From Kosakonia phage 305: a stretch of 24,000 nucleotides of DNA. The stretch lies in sequence record MZ348423.1. The stretch is one strand, 5' to 3'. The notes below the pieces were generated by a model. The model was not told the DNA's origin. It worked only from the letters and a program-made list of their open reading frames with translations, and searched no databases. A program made the translations under genes and the position numbers. Below are positions 16,258 through 23,950 of this stretch, in pieces. Within the stretch, counting starts at the first letter, position 1. Each line of letters begins with the position of its first letter.

Positions 16258-16506
16258 TCAACCGGCGGGTTCTTCAGGTTCAGCTGGAACACCAACAAAC
16301 ATCGCAGCATTCTTGGTTGCCCAATCTTCTGCAGTTTCAACTACATCTGCATAAGCAGGTTCTTCAGATGGGAAAATTTGATAGTGTGCACCGGAAATAC
16401 GATGTGCATCAGAATATACTTTAAAAGCAACAGAAACTTCTACACCTTTTACTTCGCCAGATGGCAGAGTATGGTCGAAAGTTTTGATATTTACATAACC
16501 GCCCAT
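16258..16506 (-). CDS. Hypothetical protein
   Basis: 82 aa, GGAG SD; ends just before the terminator. Confidence 0.75.
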   Translation of the reverse strand: MGGYVNIKTFDHTLPSGEVKGVEVSVAFKVYSDAHRISGAHYQIFPSEEPAYADVVETAEDWATKNAAMFVGVPAEPEEPAG

Positions 16507-16553
16507 AATGGACTCCTTTTAGTTGGATTGATTACAGGCGTATTTATTACCGA

Positions 16554-17081
16554 TTAATAACCACGGTCTTGACGAGCAAAGTTCTCAGCATTCTTCAGAT
16601 GATACAGCTTATAGATTTCTTCTGCGTCCATACCTAATGCCATGAACTTATTCAAGAAGAAATGAAGCTGGTCAATGAGCTCGAATTTAATTTCAAGCTG
16701 GTCTTCAGGAGACAGATCTTTAATCTTTTTAGCCTGCATTTCAACATGCCGTGCTTTCCATGGTTTCCAGACAGCAGACGCTTCTTTTTCACCATTGCTC
16801 ATGCCACCGAGTGCAGTGTACAGTTCACGGGTTTCATCTGCAAGATAATCGTCTTGTGCACGCAACCAAGCCAAAACTTCACCGGCAGTTTCCAGTGAAT
16901 CCGGATGACGATTACTTTCCGGCTTATCTTTAGCCAGACGTACTTGCAGAGATTTCTGCATATCAAGCATTGCCTGCAGTGGGTCTTCATTGCCACGCAG
17001 CATACCGTAATAGCGTCCAGTCGCCTGGTCCAAGGCTGCTTTATCTTTTACTAAAATGCTACACTCATTGAAATGCGCCAT
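16554..17081 (-). CDS. 56: dCTPase/dUTPase (dCTP pyrophosphatase)
   Basis: 175 aa, closely resembles T4 gp56: MAHFNEC, RLAKDKPESNRHPDSLETAGEVLAWLR, DEIRELYTxLGGMSNGEKEASAVWKPWK-like block, FELIDQLHFFLNKFMALGM, RQDRGY. Confidence 0.96.
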   Translation of the reverse strand: MAHFNECSILVKDKAALDQATGRYYGMLRGNEDPLQAMLDMQKSLQVRLAKDKPESNRHPDSLETAGEVLAWLRAQDDYLADETRELYTALGGMSNGEKEASAVWKPWKARHVEMQAKKIKDLSPEDQLEIKFELIDQLHFFLNKFMALGMDAEEIYKLYHLKNAENFARQDRGY

Positions 17082-17082
17082 A

Positions 17083-17733
17083 TCAATTTTCCTTTCTTAT
17101 AAAGTTCTCAATCATACGTCGATAACAGATATTTGGGTAACCTGCATCAACAGCTATTTTGTTAAAACGTGTTCGTTTAGGTTTACTATTATATACCCAT
17201 AATTCATAAAGCGAATCGTAAGAATCCCATATATCCCCACGTCTAGGACTAGGTAATCCAAATCTAGGAGAATTTTCACCAGTAAAACGTCCTTTACGAG
17301 CTTTGCTCATATTAGCTTTAGCTTCTTCTGATATGGTTTTGCCTTTATGGGCTAATCGCATTTTTATTTTAGTTTCTTCTGGTGTTTTTAGTCCTTTGAT
17401 CCAAGACGGCTTACCATACATTGGATTATTTTTACCAGAAACCATTAAAGAGTTTTTCTCTCTTAAAGTCTCTATTAATCGACTAGTAAGCTTAACACCA
17501 TTGTTATATCTCATGAGGTTTACGGCTAAATGTAAACCTGTATTATCAGGGTATATCTTAGTCAACAACCTATGTGCAATAAAATGTTCGCGAGCAGTTA
17601 AATCAACTAAGTTTTCTTTTGTATCAAGACCACCCATACATCTTGGTATGATATGGTGAGTCTCTTTATAACCTTTAAGGGTTCTATATCGTGCTTTAGA
17701 TATTATTGCATTATATATGCAAAGGTAATCCAT
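17083..17733 (-). mobile_element. Free-standing HNH homing endonuclease with NUMOD3-like repeats
   Basis: 216 aa; THHIIPRCMGGLDTKENLVDLTAREHFIAHRLL (HNH), GKNNPMYGK, KTPEETKIKMRLAHKGKTISEEAKANMSKARKG, GENSPRFG (NUMOD3-type). Confidence 0.9.
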
Positions 17734-18017
17734 TATTCAGCAACTAAGCCTAAAAGAATAGATGCATTACGGAAATGTTCTATCTTTTCATATTTTACCC
17801 AGACAGCTTCACGATCTTCAACAAAATCAAAATCTGTTTTAACGCGAAGATTCAAAAGGCAACCCATGATATCATTCAATTCATCTGTCAGACGCTGACG
17901 ATTAGTTTTGCCTTCGTATTCAGAATCTAATCCGAACTGAATAATCTTAGAGCAAAGCATCGCAACTTCATTACATTCTTCGCCTAGTTTTAAAAAGGCA
18001 TGTTGTTCTTGGTTCAT
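17733..18017 (-). CDS. MazG-like nucleotide pyrophosphohydrolase-family protein
   Basis: Start MNQEQHAFLKLG; LGEECNEVAMLCSKIIQFGLD...RQRLTDELNDIMGCLLNL (EExxE...ExxD pattern). Stop overlaps the endonuclease start. Confidence 0.7.
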   Translation of the reverse strand: MNQEQHAFLKLGEECNEVAMLCSKIIQFGLDSEYEGKTNRQRLTDELNDIMGCLLNLRVKTDFDFVEDREAVWVKYEKIEHFRNASILLGLVAE

Positions 18018-18024
18018 ATAAATA
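18017..18024 (+). promoter_or_regulatory. T4-type late promoter -10 on the plus strand
   Basis: Exact TATAAATA, followed by GGAGG and ATG at 18040. Confidence 0.83.
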
Positions 18025-18039
18025 CCTTCGGAGGATATT

Positions 18040-18231
18040 ATGACTACTAAAAAGAAACCGTTATTCAAATTGAATAATCACAAAAAGAAAGTGGTTATAG
18101 TTTCTGTAGGTACTGTTGTTGTATTATGGAATTTTATCATAATTCCGGTTGCGGCATCCAATGGACTGGTTCTCCCACCAGTGACAATTGAACACCTCAG
18201 AACTGCTGCTACTTTAATGCTAGGATTTTAA
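18040..18231 (+). CDS. Small membrane protein, possibly holin-like
   Basis: 63 aa MTTKKKPLFKLNNHKKKVVIVSVGTVVVLWNFIIIPVAASNGLVLPPVTIEHLRTAATLMLGF; late promoter and GGAGG RBS; convergent with gene 61. Confidence 0.82.
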   Translation: MTTKKKPLFKLNNHKKKVVIVSVGTVVVLWNFIIIPVAASNGLVLPPVTIEHLRTAATLMLGF

Positions 18232-19256
18232 GCACGAGAATAACGTGACAGCCTCATCTTTGCCATTAACCCCTGTTCAGTATTCTTGTTCATATAGTCA
18301 AGAATTTGTTCAGGGGTTGCTCCATCATCTTTAATCATATCATTTATATCCTTCGAAGGCCATGGAGCCTTGTCCCAGAATAAAATCCTTTCACCTGCAT
18401 TAACAAGTTTAGTCATACGTTTAATGGTGTCAGGATGTCTAGCTTCGTTATCCATTACCCAGACACGAGTCTCTTTAAATGGAACTATATTTAAGTCCAT
18501 AGAGCCGCCTGTTATCGCGATAGAATTAGGTATGAATAAACTATCAATAGGTCCTTCCATTACCCAGACACGTTTTCGTTCATCAACTGTGTCGAGTCCA
18601 TAGATTTTTGTTGCATCGTCGTGTGCTTTAATTGTGATGTATTTCTGGGGAGCATCTTTGCGTAGAGCTCGTCCTTGGAATGATTCGATGTCTTTGTTGC
18701 TGTTGAAGATAGGTATAACCAACCGCGGTTCATTCGTTTCATTACTGTACGTCCCAGGTTTCACAGAGTTAACAAGAGCAGGCCACTGCATAGTAAACCA
18801 TAACCGATGCCATTGGTTCTCAGGAATGAACCTGGAACGAACATATTTGATTATAGGATGGTCTGGTTGTAATTTGTCAAGACGAGTACAATACTCTAAT
18901 TTTTCGATAACAGGCATTTTTGCTTTAAACTTATCCGAAACTTCGACTTCTTTTCTTTCCGGCTTAGCAAAAGTCTTTTCTTTCCTTATCTCAAGAATAT
19001 ATTCTCGATAAAGGTCCTCTTCAAATTCTTTCAAGTACTTACTCAGCCATGCATCATATTCACAGTTAAAGCAGTGAACACGTATTCCTGAATCTTTAGC
19101 AGGATAAGCCCAGAAACGAGCTTTATTCATGTCTTTTTGGGAGTCACCACAAACCTTACAACGACAGTTTAATTTGAAGTCGCTCCCGGTTACTTGTCTG
19201 AATTTAGGCTGGTGAGATAAAGCCCTTAATGCAAATTCACGATCTACAAAACTCAT
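18228..19256 (-). CDS. 61: DNA primase
   Basis: 342 aa; CKVCGDSQKDMNKARFWAYPAKDSGIRVHCFNCEYDAWLSKYLKEFEEDLYREYILEIRKEK (zinc-binding), VWVMEGPIDSLF, VWVMDNE (TOPRIM-like). Confidence 0.95.
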   Translation of the reverse strand: MSFVDREFALRALSHQPKFRQVTGSDFKLNCRCKVCGDSQKDMNKARFWAYPAKDSGIRVHCFNCEYDAWLSKYLKEFEEDLYREYILEIRKEKTFAKPERKEVEVSDKFKAKMPVIEKLEYCTRLDKLQPDHPIIKYVRSRFIPENQWHRLWFTMQWPALVNSVKPGTYSNETNEPRLVIPIFNSNKDIESFQGRALRKDAPQKYITIKAHDDATKIYGLDTVDERKRVWVMEGPIDSLFIPNSIAITGGSMDLNIVPFKETRVWVMDNEARHPDTIKRMTKLVNAGERILFWDKAPWPSKDINDMIKDDGATPEQILDYMNKNTEQGLMAKMRLSRYSRA

Positions 19257-19276
19257 AATGGTCCTTAAACTAAAAA

Positions 19277-19295
19277 GGCTCTCGATATGAGAGCC
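19277..19295 (-). terminator. Rho-independent terminator
   Basis: Minus strand GGCTCTC-ATATC-GAGAGCC-TTTTT. Confidence 0.88.
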
Positions 19296-19301
19296 ATTAT
19301 A

Positions 19302-19472
19302 TTATACTTCTTCGGACTTCTTAGATTTTTGCTTCTTAGCAGGGATTTGTTCAGGGCCTTTATTAACTACAGCGCCTGAAGTGGTTCCTGAGGCAATATT
19401 CTGCGGATTACCTCCCGCATCGCCTGCAACCATATCTTCGTTTAGTTTGACAAACTCTTTATATGTTTTCAT
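19302..19472 (-). CDS. Small late protein with a T4 capsid-targeting-like leader (not in ORF track)
   Basis: MKTYKEFVKLNEDMVAGDAGGNPQNIASGTTSGAVVNKGPEQIPAKKQKSKKSEEV, 56 aa; GAGG SD; own late promoter and terminator. Confidence 0.83.
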   Translation of the reverse strand: MKTYKEFVKLNEDMVAGDAGGNPQNIASGTTSGAVVNKGPEQIPAKKQKSKKSEEV

Positions 19473-19485
19473 AGTCACCTCGGCC

Positions 19486-19493
19486 TATTTATA
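19486..19493 (-). promoter_or_regulatory. T4-type late promoter -10
   Basis: Minus strand exact TATAAATA, about 14 nt upstream of the ATG. Confidence 0.85.
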
Positions 19494-19767
19494 GACCTAT
19501 AATATCACAATGAATGCCTTCCCATGAATTATTCCATTCACGAGCTTCAATCGCTTCAATAATAGAACGGCGATGTTGTTTCTTAAGAGCACGAATCTGC
19601 CGCTTGGTAGGACGAGTTGCATAATATTGCATTGTCACATAACCGAATGGAAGAGACTCGGACCCACCTGTGTCAAGAAATACTTCCCATTGAGCAATGG
19701 TTTCGATTTCAGCTTTAGTTCCTTTATGCACTACTTCCGGTGAATAATACATTACGATTTGTTTCAT
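19489..19767 (-). CDS. Hypothetical protein
   Basis: 92-aa ORF whose 3' end contains the late promoter of the next gene. Confidence 0.7.
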   Translation of the reverse strand: MKQIVMYYSPEVVHKGTKAEIETIAQWEVFLDTGGSESLPFGYVTMQYYATRPTKRQIRALKKQHRRSIIEAIEAREWNNSWEGIHCDIIGL

Positions 19768-20144
19768 TTCTTCATCCAGTAATTAAAGATTTGGTCATCA
19801 ATGGTATTTTCGACAGGCTTGTCAGAATAAATCACTTCTTCCAATTTAAAGCCAATGCACTCGTAATCAACTGCTGACCATCCTTCTTTAAGATCATAGA
19901 TAATATCTTCATCGATACCAGAAGTAGCAGCGAGTTCGATGCAAATACTTTTCAAATTTTCTAGAGTAAGCTTACGGCCATCAGACGGTAAATGATTGCG
20001 CCCATCAATATTAGAATGGTCGATATACGTACATACGGTATTTGTTACAGTATTAAGAAGAACCGTACCTATCCAAATACCATATCCATCGCATACTTTA
20101 AGTTTGCGTTCTACTTTATCAAATTGTAGTTTGAATGTATACAT
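19764..20144 (-). CDS. Hypothetical protein
   Basis: 126-aa ORF, 4-nt and 1-nt overlaps with neighbours. Confidence 0.7.
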   Translation of the reverse strand: MYTFKLQFDKVERKLKVCDGYGIWIGTVLLNTVTNTVCTYIDHSNIDGRNHLPSDGRKLTLENLKSICIELAATSGIDEDIIYDLKEGWSAVDYECIGFKLEEVIYSDKPVENTIDDQIFNYWMKK

Positions 20145-20497
20145 TAGTCCGGGTCCACAAATTCTACAGCTTCTTGAGGAGTTTTGCCTTCACAGACAAC
20201 CATCTGGGTAGCAACTAAAATATCTTTAAAGCTATATGACTCTAAAGTCATTGCACGATTCTTATCAATTTTGCCACGGAAAATACCTTTAGCAAAAGCA
20301 CGAAGTTCAGGCTCATCAACTTCGGCAGAATAGATGCAGTCTGGAGAGTTGTACCCTTTTTCCATTTCAGAATTTTCTTGAAGTTCTTGTTGCTGTGCTG
20401 CCGTCATCATATTGGCAACAGCCATAGAGTTTGCAAACGATGGCTGGGCACCGCATGCGCTTAAAGCAAATATTAAAGACAGAGTTAAACGTTTCAT
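20144..20497 (-). CDS. Spackle-like secreted superinfection-exclusion protein
   Basis: 117 aa; signal peptide MKRLTLSLIFALSACGAQPSFANS resembling Spackle MKKF.FA.IFALASCAAQPAMA; two later Cys (DCIYS, VVCEG); located between genes 61 and 41. Confidence 0.6.
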   Translation of the reverse strand: MKRLTLSLIFALSACGAQPSFANSMAVANMMTAAQQQELQENSEMEKGYNSPDCIYSAEVDEPELRAFAKGIFRGKIDKNRAMTLESYSFKDILVATQMVVCEGKTPQEAVEFVDPD

Positions 20498-20619
20498 TCT
20501 TCTTCTCCAAATTCTTGTTCATAATCGCAATCTAAACAAGTTGCATTATCAAACATATCAAAAACTGCTTCATCTTCAGTACAGCTACAGCCACATACTA
20601 CACACTCAAATTCTTCCAT
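20494..20619 (-). CDS. 41-aa Cys-rich zinc-ribbon-like ORF not in the ORF track
   Basis: MEEFECVVCGCSCTEDEAVFDMFDNATCLDCDYEQEFGEEE; CxxC...CxxC; stop overlaps the next ATG (ATGA). Confidence 0.75.
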   Translation of the reverse strand: MEEFECVVCGCSCTEDEAVFDMFDNATCLDCDYEQEFGEEE

Positions 20620-20910
20620 TTAGATTTCCTCGCAGAAGGCCCATTCGGCATGATAAACCGTAGCACCTTTAGTATCATTTAAACAAACCACATCTACCGG
20701 AGAAACTACACGATAGACAACTGGTTCTCCTCCGTATGAACGTGCAGCACGCCCAGCATAAATCTTTGCTAGTCCGATATCTTCGGTGAAGAATACACGG
20801 TCTAAGTTTTTCTTACGTCCTACTTCAGAAATTACTCCAGTATCGACAGGTGGACAAAGCATGTTTTTGATGTTTGCGTTAGTTGTCGAGCCATGATAGT
20901 AAGTTTTCAT
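20620..20910 (-). CDS. Small ART-fold protein (Arr/Tpt1-like)
   Basis: Start MKTYYHGSTTNANIKN...; VFFTEDIGLAKIYAGRAARSYGGEPVVYRVVSP resembles the HGT...VYFTxxxxxAxxxAxxA...RVYxV core of Arr/Tpt1-like ARTs. Confidence 0.6.
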   Translation of the reverse strand: MKTYYHGSTTNANIKNMLCPPVDTGVISEVGRKKNLDRVFFTEDIGLAKIYAGRAARSYGGEPVVYRVVSPVDVVCLNDTKGATVYHAEWAFCEEI

Positions 20911-20936
20911 TTTGATCTCCATGTTGGTACAAGACT

Positions 20937-20964
20937 ATAATATCACGTCCTGAGGAGATGTAAA
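20937..20964 (-). promoter_or_regulatory. Putative early promoter
   Basis: Minus strand TTTACA - 16 bp - TATTAT. Confidence 0.75.
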
Positions 20965-20971
20965 CCCCGAA

Positions 20972-20989
20972 AGGAGGCCGAAGCCTCCT
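20972..20989 (-). terminator. Hairpin with UUCG tetraloop downstream of gene 41
   Basis: Minus strand GGAGGC-TTCG-GCCTCC-TTTC, 2 nt past the gene 41 stop. Confidence 0.7.
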
Positions 20990-20990
20990 C

Positions 20991-22433
20991 TTAGAATTTT
21001 AACTGACCTGCAAGTTCATCAAGGTCACTTCGATTGACACGAGCCTGTCTGTTCGCTTCAGCCTGACGATTCATCTCGCCTGTGGCTTCACGTACAGTAG
21101 AGATAGGTCCTTTAGGTCCACCTTCATCTTCTACTTCGACCCAACGTTGATTGCCTTTTTTAACGCCAATCTTGAACTTATTATAGTAGTTCTTGTCGCC
21201 ATAACGTGACTTCAACTGTTTAATCATTTGAAGACCCATTTGTGCGAACTCTTCGGTCTCAACAATACCAAGCATGAAGTCTGCTGTATGTGCAATACCA
21301 AACGATTCTGCAATGTCAGCCATATCGATTTCAGCCGAAACGTTAGCACCACGAGTTGTCTGTGCTGCAGTCCACATGACGATTTTCTTTTCTACCGCCA
21401 GACCACGAAGTTCTTCAGCTACCATCTTAATCAAACCATAGCTGTTTTCAGAGAACACTTTAACGCGGCTTGAAGCACAAATAGCCAAGTAGTCAACAAT
21501 AACTACATCAGGAACAAAGCCTTGCTTAAGCTTATATTCGTTCAACAGTGCACGGAATGTATCGGCATTAGCACCACCAGTAGGATATTGCTTAACTTTA
21601 AGCTTACCTAAAGTTTTATTCTGACGCCATTTATCCATCTTAGCTTTATATTCAGGCCAAGATACGTGCCCTTCATCAAGGTCATCAAGTGTAACATCCA
21701 GAAGGTTAGCATCAATACGCTTAGCGCATACTTCTTCTGCCATCTCCATGGAGATATAAAGGACATTTAATCCAGACTGAAGATAATCAGCAGCTAATGA
21801 ACAAAGTCCAAGAGACTTACCTACGTTCGTCCCTGCCAACAGAATATTCAATGTACCGAACTCAACACCACCTTTAGTGATTTTGTTGAAAATGTTCAGG
21901 CGGAATGGAACCTTATTTGCTTTATTCATGTATGTCTGGAAACGAGCTTCGCTATCTTCCATCCAATCATGGCCAAGTTGTGAATCGAAACAAATAGACA
22001 GTGCATCACGCATGATATCTGGGATTGCACCAATACCTGGCAACTTACGGTTCTGTTCATGTGGTGGTAGGTCTGCATTAGTCTGGATTTCGATAATCTT
22101 AGACGTCGCATTATACATTGCCGCTTTCTGAACATACTTTTCAGTTTCAGATACTAACCAATCAAAATCTTCAGGACCTGCATTTAAATCAGAAAGAAGA
22201 GCTTTAGTTTCTTTATATTCGATTTCACCGATACTAGCATTGCTCAATGCAATATCTAATGCGTTTTTAGAAGGAACTGAATTATATTCGTTTACATGAG
22301 CCTTTAACAATTTGAATAGGGTCTTTGCAGGACCCTGGTCAAAATAATCAGCATTCATATAAGGCCAGACACGGACAAAATAGTCCTTATTGCCTAGCAA
22401 CTGTGCTAAAATTGTTTCTACCACTTCCACCAC
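20991..22433 (-). CDS. 41: DnaB-like replicative helicase
   Basis: 480 aa; NILLAGTNVGKSLGLCSLAADYL, VLYISMEM, VVIVDYLAICAS, YGDKNYYNKFKIGVKK. Confidence 0.95.
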   Translation of the reverse strand: MVEVVETILAQLLGNKDYFVRVWPYMNADYFDQGPAKTLFKLLKAHVNEYNSVPSKNALDIALSNASIGEIEYKETKALLSDLNAGPEDFDWLVSETEKYVQKAAMYNATSKIIEIQTNADLPPHEQNRKLPGIGAIPDIMRDALSICFDSQLGHDWMEDSEARFQTYMNKANKVPFRLNIFNKITKGGVEFGTLNILLAGTNVGKSLGLCSLAADYLQSGLNVLYISMEMAEEVCAKRIDANLLDVTLDDLDEGHVSWPEYKAKMDKWRQNKTLGKLKVKQYPTGGANADTFRALLNEYKLKQGFVPDVVIVDYLAICASSRVKVFSENSYGLIKMVAEELRGLAVEKKIVMWTAAQTTRGANVSAEIDMADIAESFGIAHTADFMLGIVETEEFAQMGLQMIKQLKSRYGDKNYYNKFKIGVKKGNQRWVEVEDEGGPKGPISTVREATGEMNRQAEANRQARVNRSDLDELAGQLKF

Positions 22434-22759
22434 CTTTTCTTCATATTAATTTCTTTTAGAGCTTCGTTAATTTGCATTGTAACACATTTTTCAACGTGTT
22501 CGGCTAATTCGCCTTTACGCTCTTCGGAAGGAGTACCAAAATCTACGGTCACTTGACCTTTTGGAGAAATATCAATCTTTGTAACATAAACCATATGGCT
22601 ACTACCATCTGGAAGTGTTAACAAAATCTCCTGCATAACAGAACCCATGCTCTGTTTAATAATGTCTAAAGACTTCTCGTAATACTGAGGGCCACTAGGG
22701 CCCTCTTCGGTGTCTTTGACAAAGTTGTCCAGGTCGGACAGGTCTAAGTCATTACTCAT
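22418..22759 (-). CDS. 40: Gp40-like head vertex assembly chaperone
   Basis: Start MSNDLDLSDLDNF; 113-aa protein exactly between uvsX and 41 as in T4. Confidence 0.7.
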   Translation of the reverse strand: MSNDLDLSDLDNFVKDTEEGPSGPQYYEKSLDIIKQSMGSVMQEILLTLPDGSSHMVYVTKIDISPKGQVTVDFGTPSEERKGELAEHVEKCVTMQINEALKEINMKKRWWKW

Positions 22760-23927
22760 TATCTTCTTCCATTTCGTCAAGAGCATTCTCGACATCGGCT
22801 GCGGATGGTTTACCTTTCTTACCTAAATCAGGGATTTTACTTGTCGCTTTAGCATTCAGCAAATCAGCAACTGCGTCATCAACTTCTTTAATAGAAGAAA
22901 TCGCACCAAGTTTGTATTTGGTTTCAATTGCATCACGGAACGGTTTGTGCTTAAACAGAGGACCCCAGAATTCAACGTCATCTGTAGCCTTAGCACGCCA
23001 AGATTTTTCTTCCTGAACCATTTCACCAGTTTCTTCGTCAAGGAATGAACGAGCATACCAGCCAGCTTTTGGCTTAACAACAAAACCGAGGTCTGTAGCT
23101 AATTCAAGCAGACCACTGAATGGGTCAATACCACCTTTAAAGTTCACCGTAATCGGGAACGTGGATTTTTCTTGAACAGTACGAGACTTTTCTGCTTTCA
23201 GCGTGAAGTCATAACCAGTGAGTTCAGTACCATCTTTAATCTGGCGCTTAGAGATATAGAATACCGTCGAAGCAGAATAAAGAATACCGGTACCACCACC
23301 CATGATTTCTTTAGGGTACATACCACCAATTTCCATTGCCGTATGGTTAATCGCTACGCACGGAATATCTTTAATAGTCAGATATGGCGTTACGATACGG
23401 AACAGAGATTTCAGTGATTTAGCACGAGACATATCACCAACTTCTTTTTCGTCCAGAGCATCTTGTGTTTCTTTCTTAGATGCAGTGTTACCGATAGAGT
23501 CGATGAAGATAATAACCTTTTCACCACGCTGAATTTCTTCCAGTTGGTTGGTCATATCAATTTTCAGCTTCTCTACTGACTGGATTGGTGTGTGAACTAC
23601 TCGTTCCAGGTCTACACCCATTGAACGGAAGTAAGATTCGGAAGCACCAAATTCAGAGTCATAGAACAGACAAATCGCATCTGGATATTTCTTCATATAT
23701 GCGGCGACCATTGTCAGACCAAACAAAGTTTTAAAGTGTTTAGATGGCGCAGCGAAAATAGTCAGACCAGATTGTAAGCCAGTGTTCAGACCGCCACCTA
23801 ACGCAATGTTCAACATTGGGATACGAGTAGGGACTTCGTCACGACCGTTAAACAGTTTAGACTTAGTCAGATCAGCAGTCAGTTTAGTAGTAGAAGCTTT
23901 AATCAGGCGAGATTTTAAATCGGACAT
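22752..23927 (-). CDS. uvsX: UvsX RecA-like recombinase
   Basis: 391 aa; GLQSGLTIFAAPSKHFKTLFGL (Walker A-like), KVIIFIDSIGNTASKKE, CVAINHTAMEIGG, YSASTVFYISKRQIKD. Confidence 0.96.
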   Translation of the reverse strand: MSDLKSRLIKASTTKLTADLTKSKLFNGRDEVPTRIPMLNIALGGGLNTGLQSGLTIFAAPSKHFKTLFGLTMVAAYMKKYPDAICLFYDSEFGASESYFRSMGVDLERVVHTPIQSVEKLKIDMTNQLEEIQRGEKVIIFIDSIGNTASKKETQDALDEKEVGDMSRAKSLKSLFRIVTPYLTIKDIPCVAINHTAMEIGGMYPKEIMGGGTGILYSASTVFYISKRQIKDGTELTGYDFTLKAEKSRTVQEKSTFPITVNFKGGIDPFSGLLELATDLGFVVKPKAGWYARSFLDEETGEMVQEEKSWRAKATDDVEFWGPLFKHKPFRDAIETKYKLGAISSIKEVDDAVADLLNAKATSKIPDLGKKGKPSAADVENALDEMEEDNE

Positions 23928-23950
23928 TATATTTTTCCATTGGTCACCAT
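23927..23950 (-). promoter_or_regulatory. 7-codon uORF (MVTNGKI) overlapping the uvsX start
   Basis: ATGGTGACCAATGGAAAAATATAATG: uORF TAA overlaps the uvsX ATG by 1 nt. Confidence 0.5.

Noticed and set aside
16181-16261. N-terminal extension MIKGLLRESFFAFKPGGRMNHLLSEEN of the 15992 ORF
   Set aside because: It is the terminator hairpin and middle-promoter sequence translated from a non-ATG start; a Met with a good SD exists at 16180.
16535-16552. Minus strand TAATAAATA downstream of gene 56 as a late promoter
   Set aside because: Imperfect match to TATAAATA and the following gene shows no other late-gene feature; not strong enough to call.
18560-18742. 60-aa minus ORF within gene 61
   Set aside because: Out-of-frame within the primase, no RBS support.
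22760-22795. N-terminal extension MSRMLLTKWKKI of gp40
   Set aside because: It reads out of frame through the uvsX 3' end; MSNDLDLSDLDNF at 22759 is the natural start.
21926-23083. Secondary minus frames in genes 41 and uvsX (21926..22135, 22856..23083)
   Set aside because: Shadow ORFs inside long, recognised genes.
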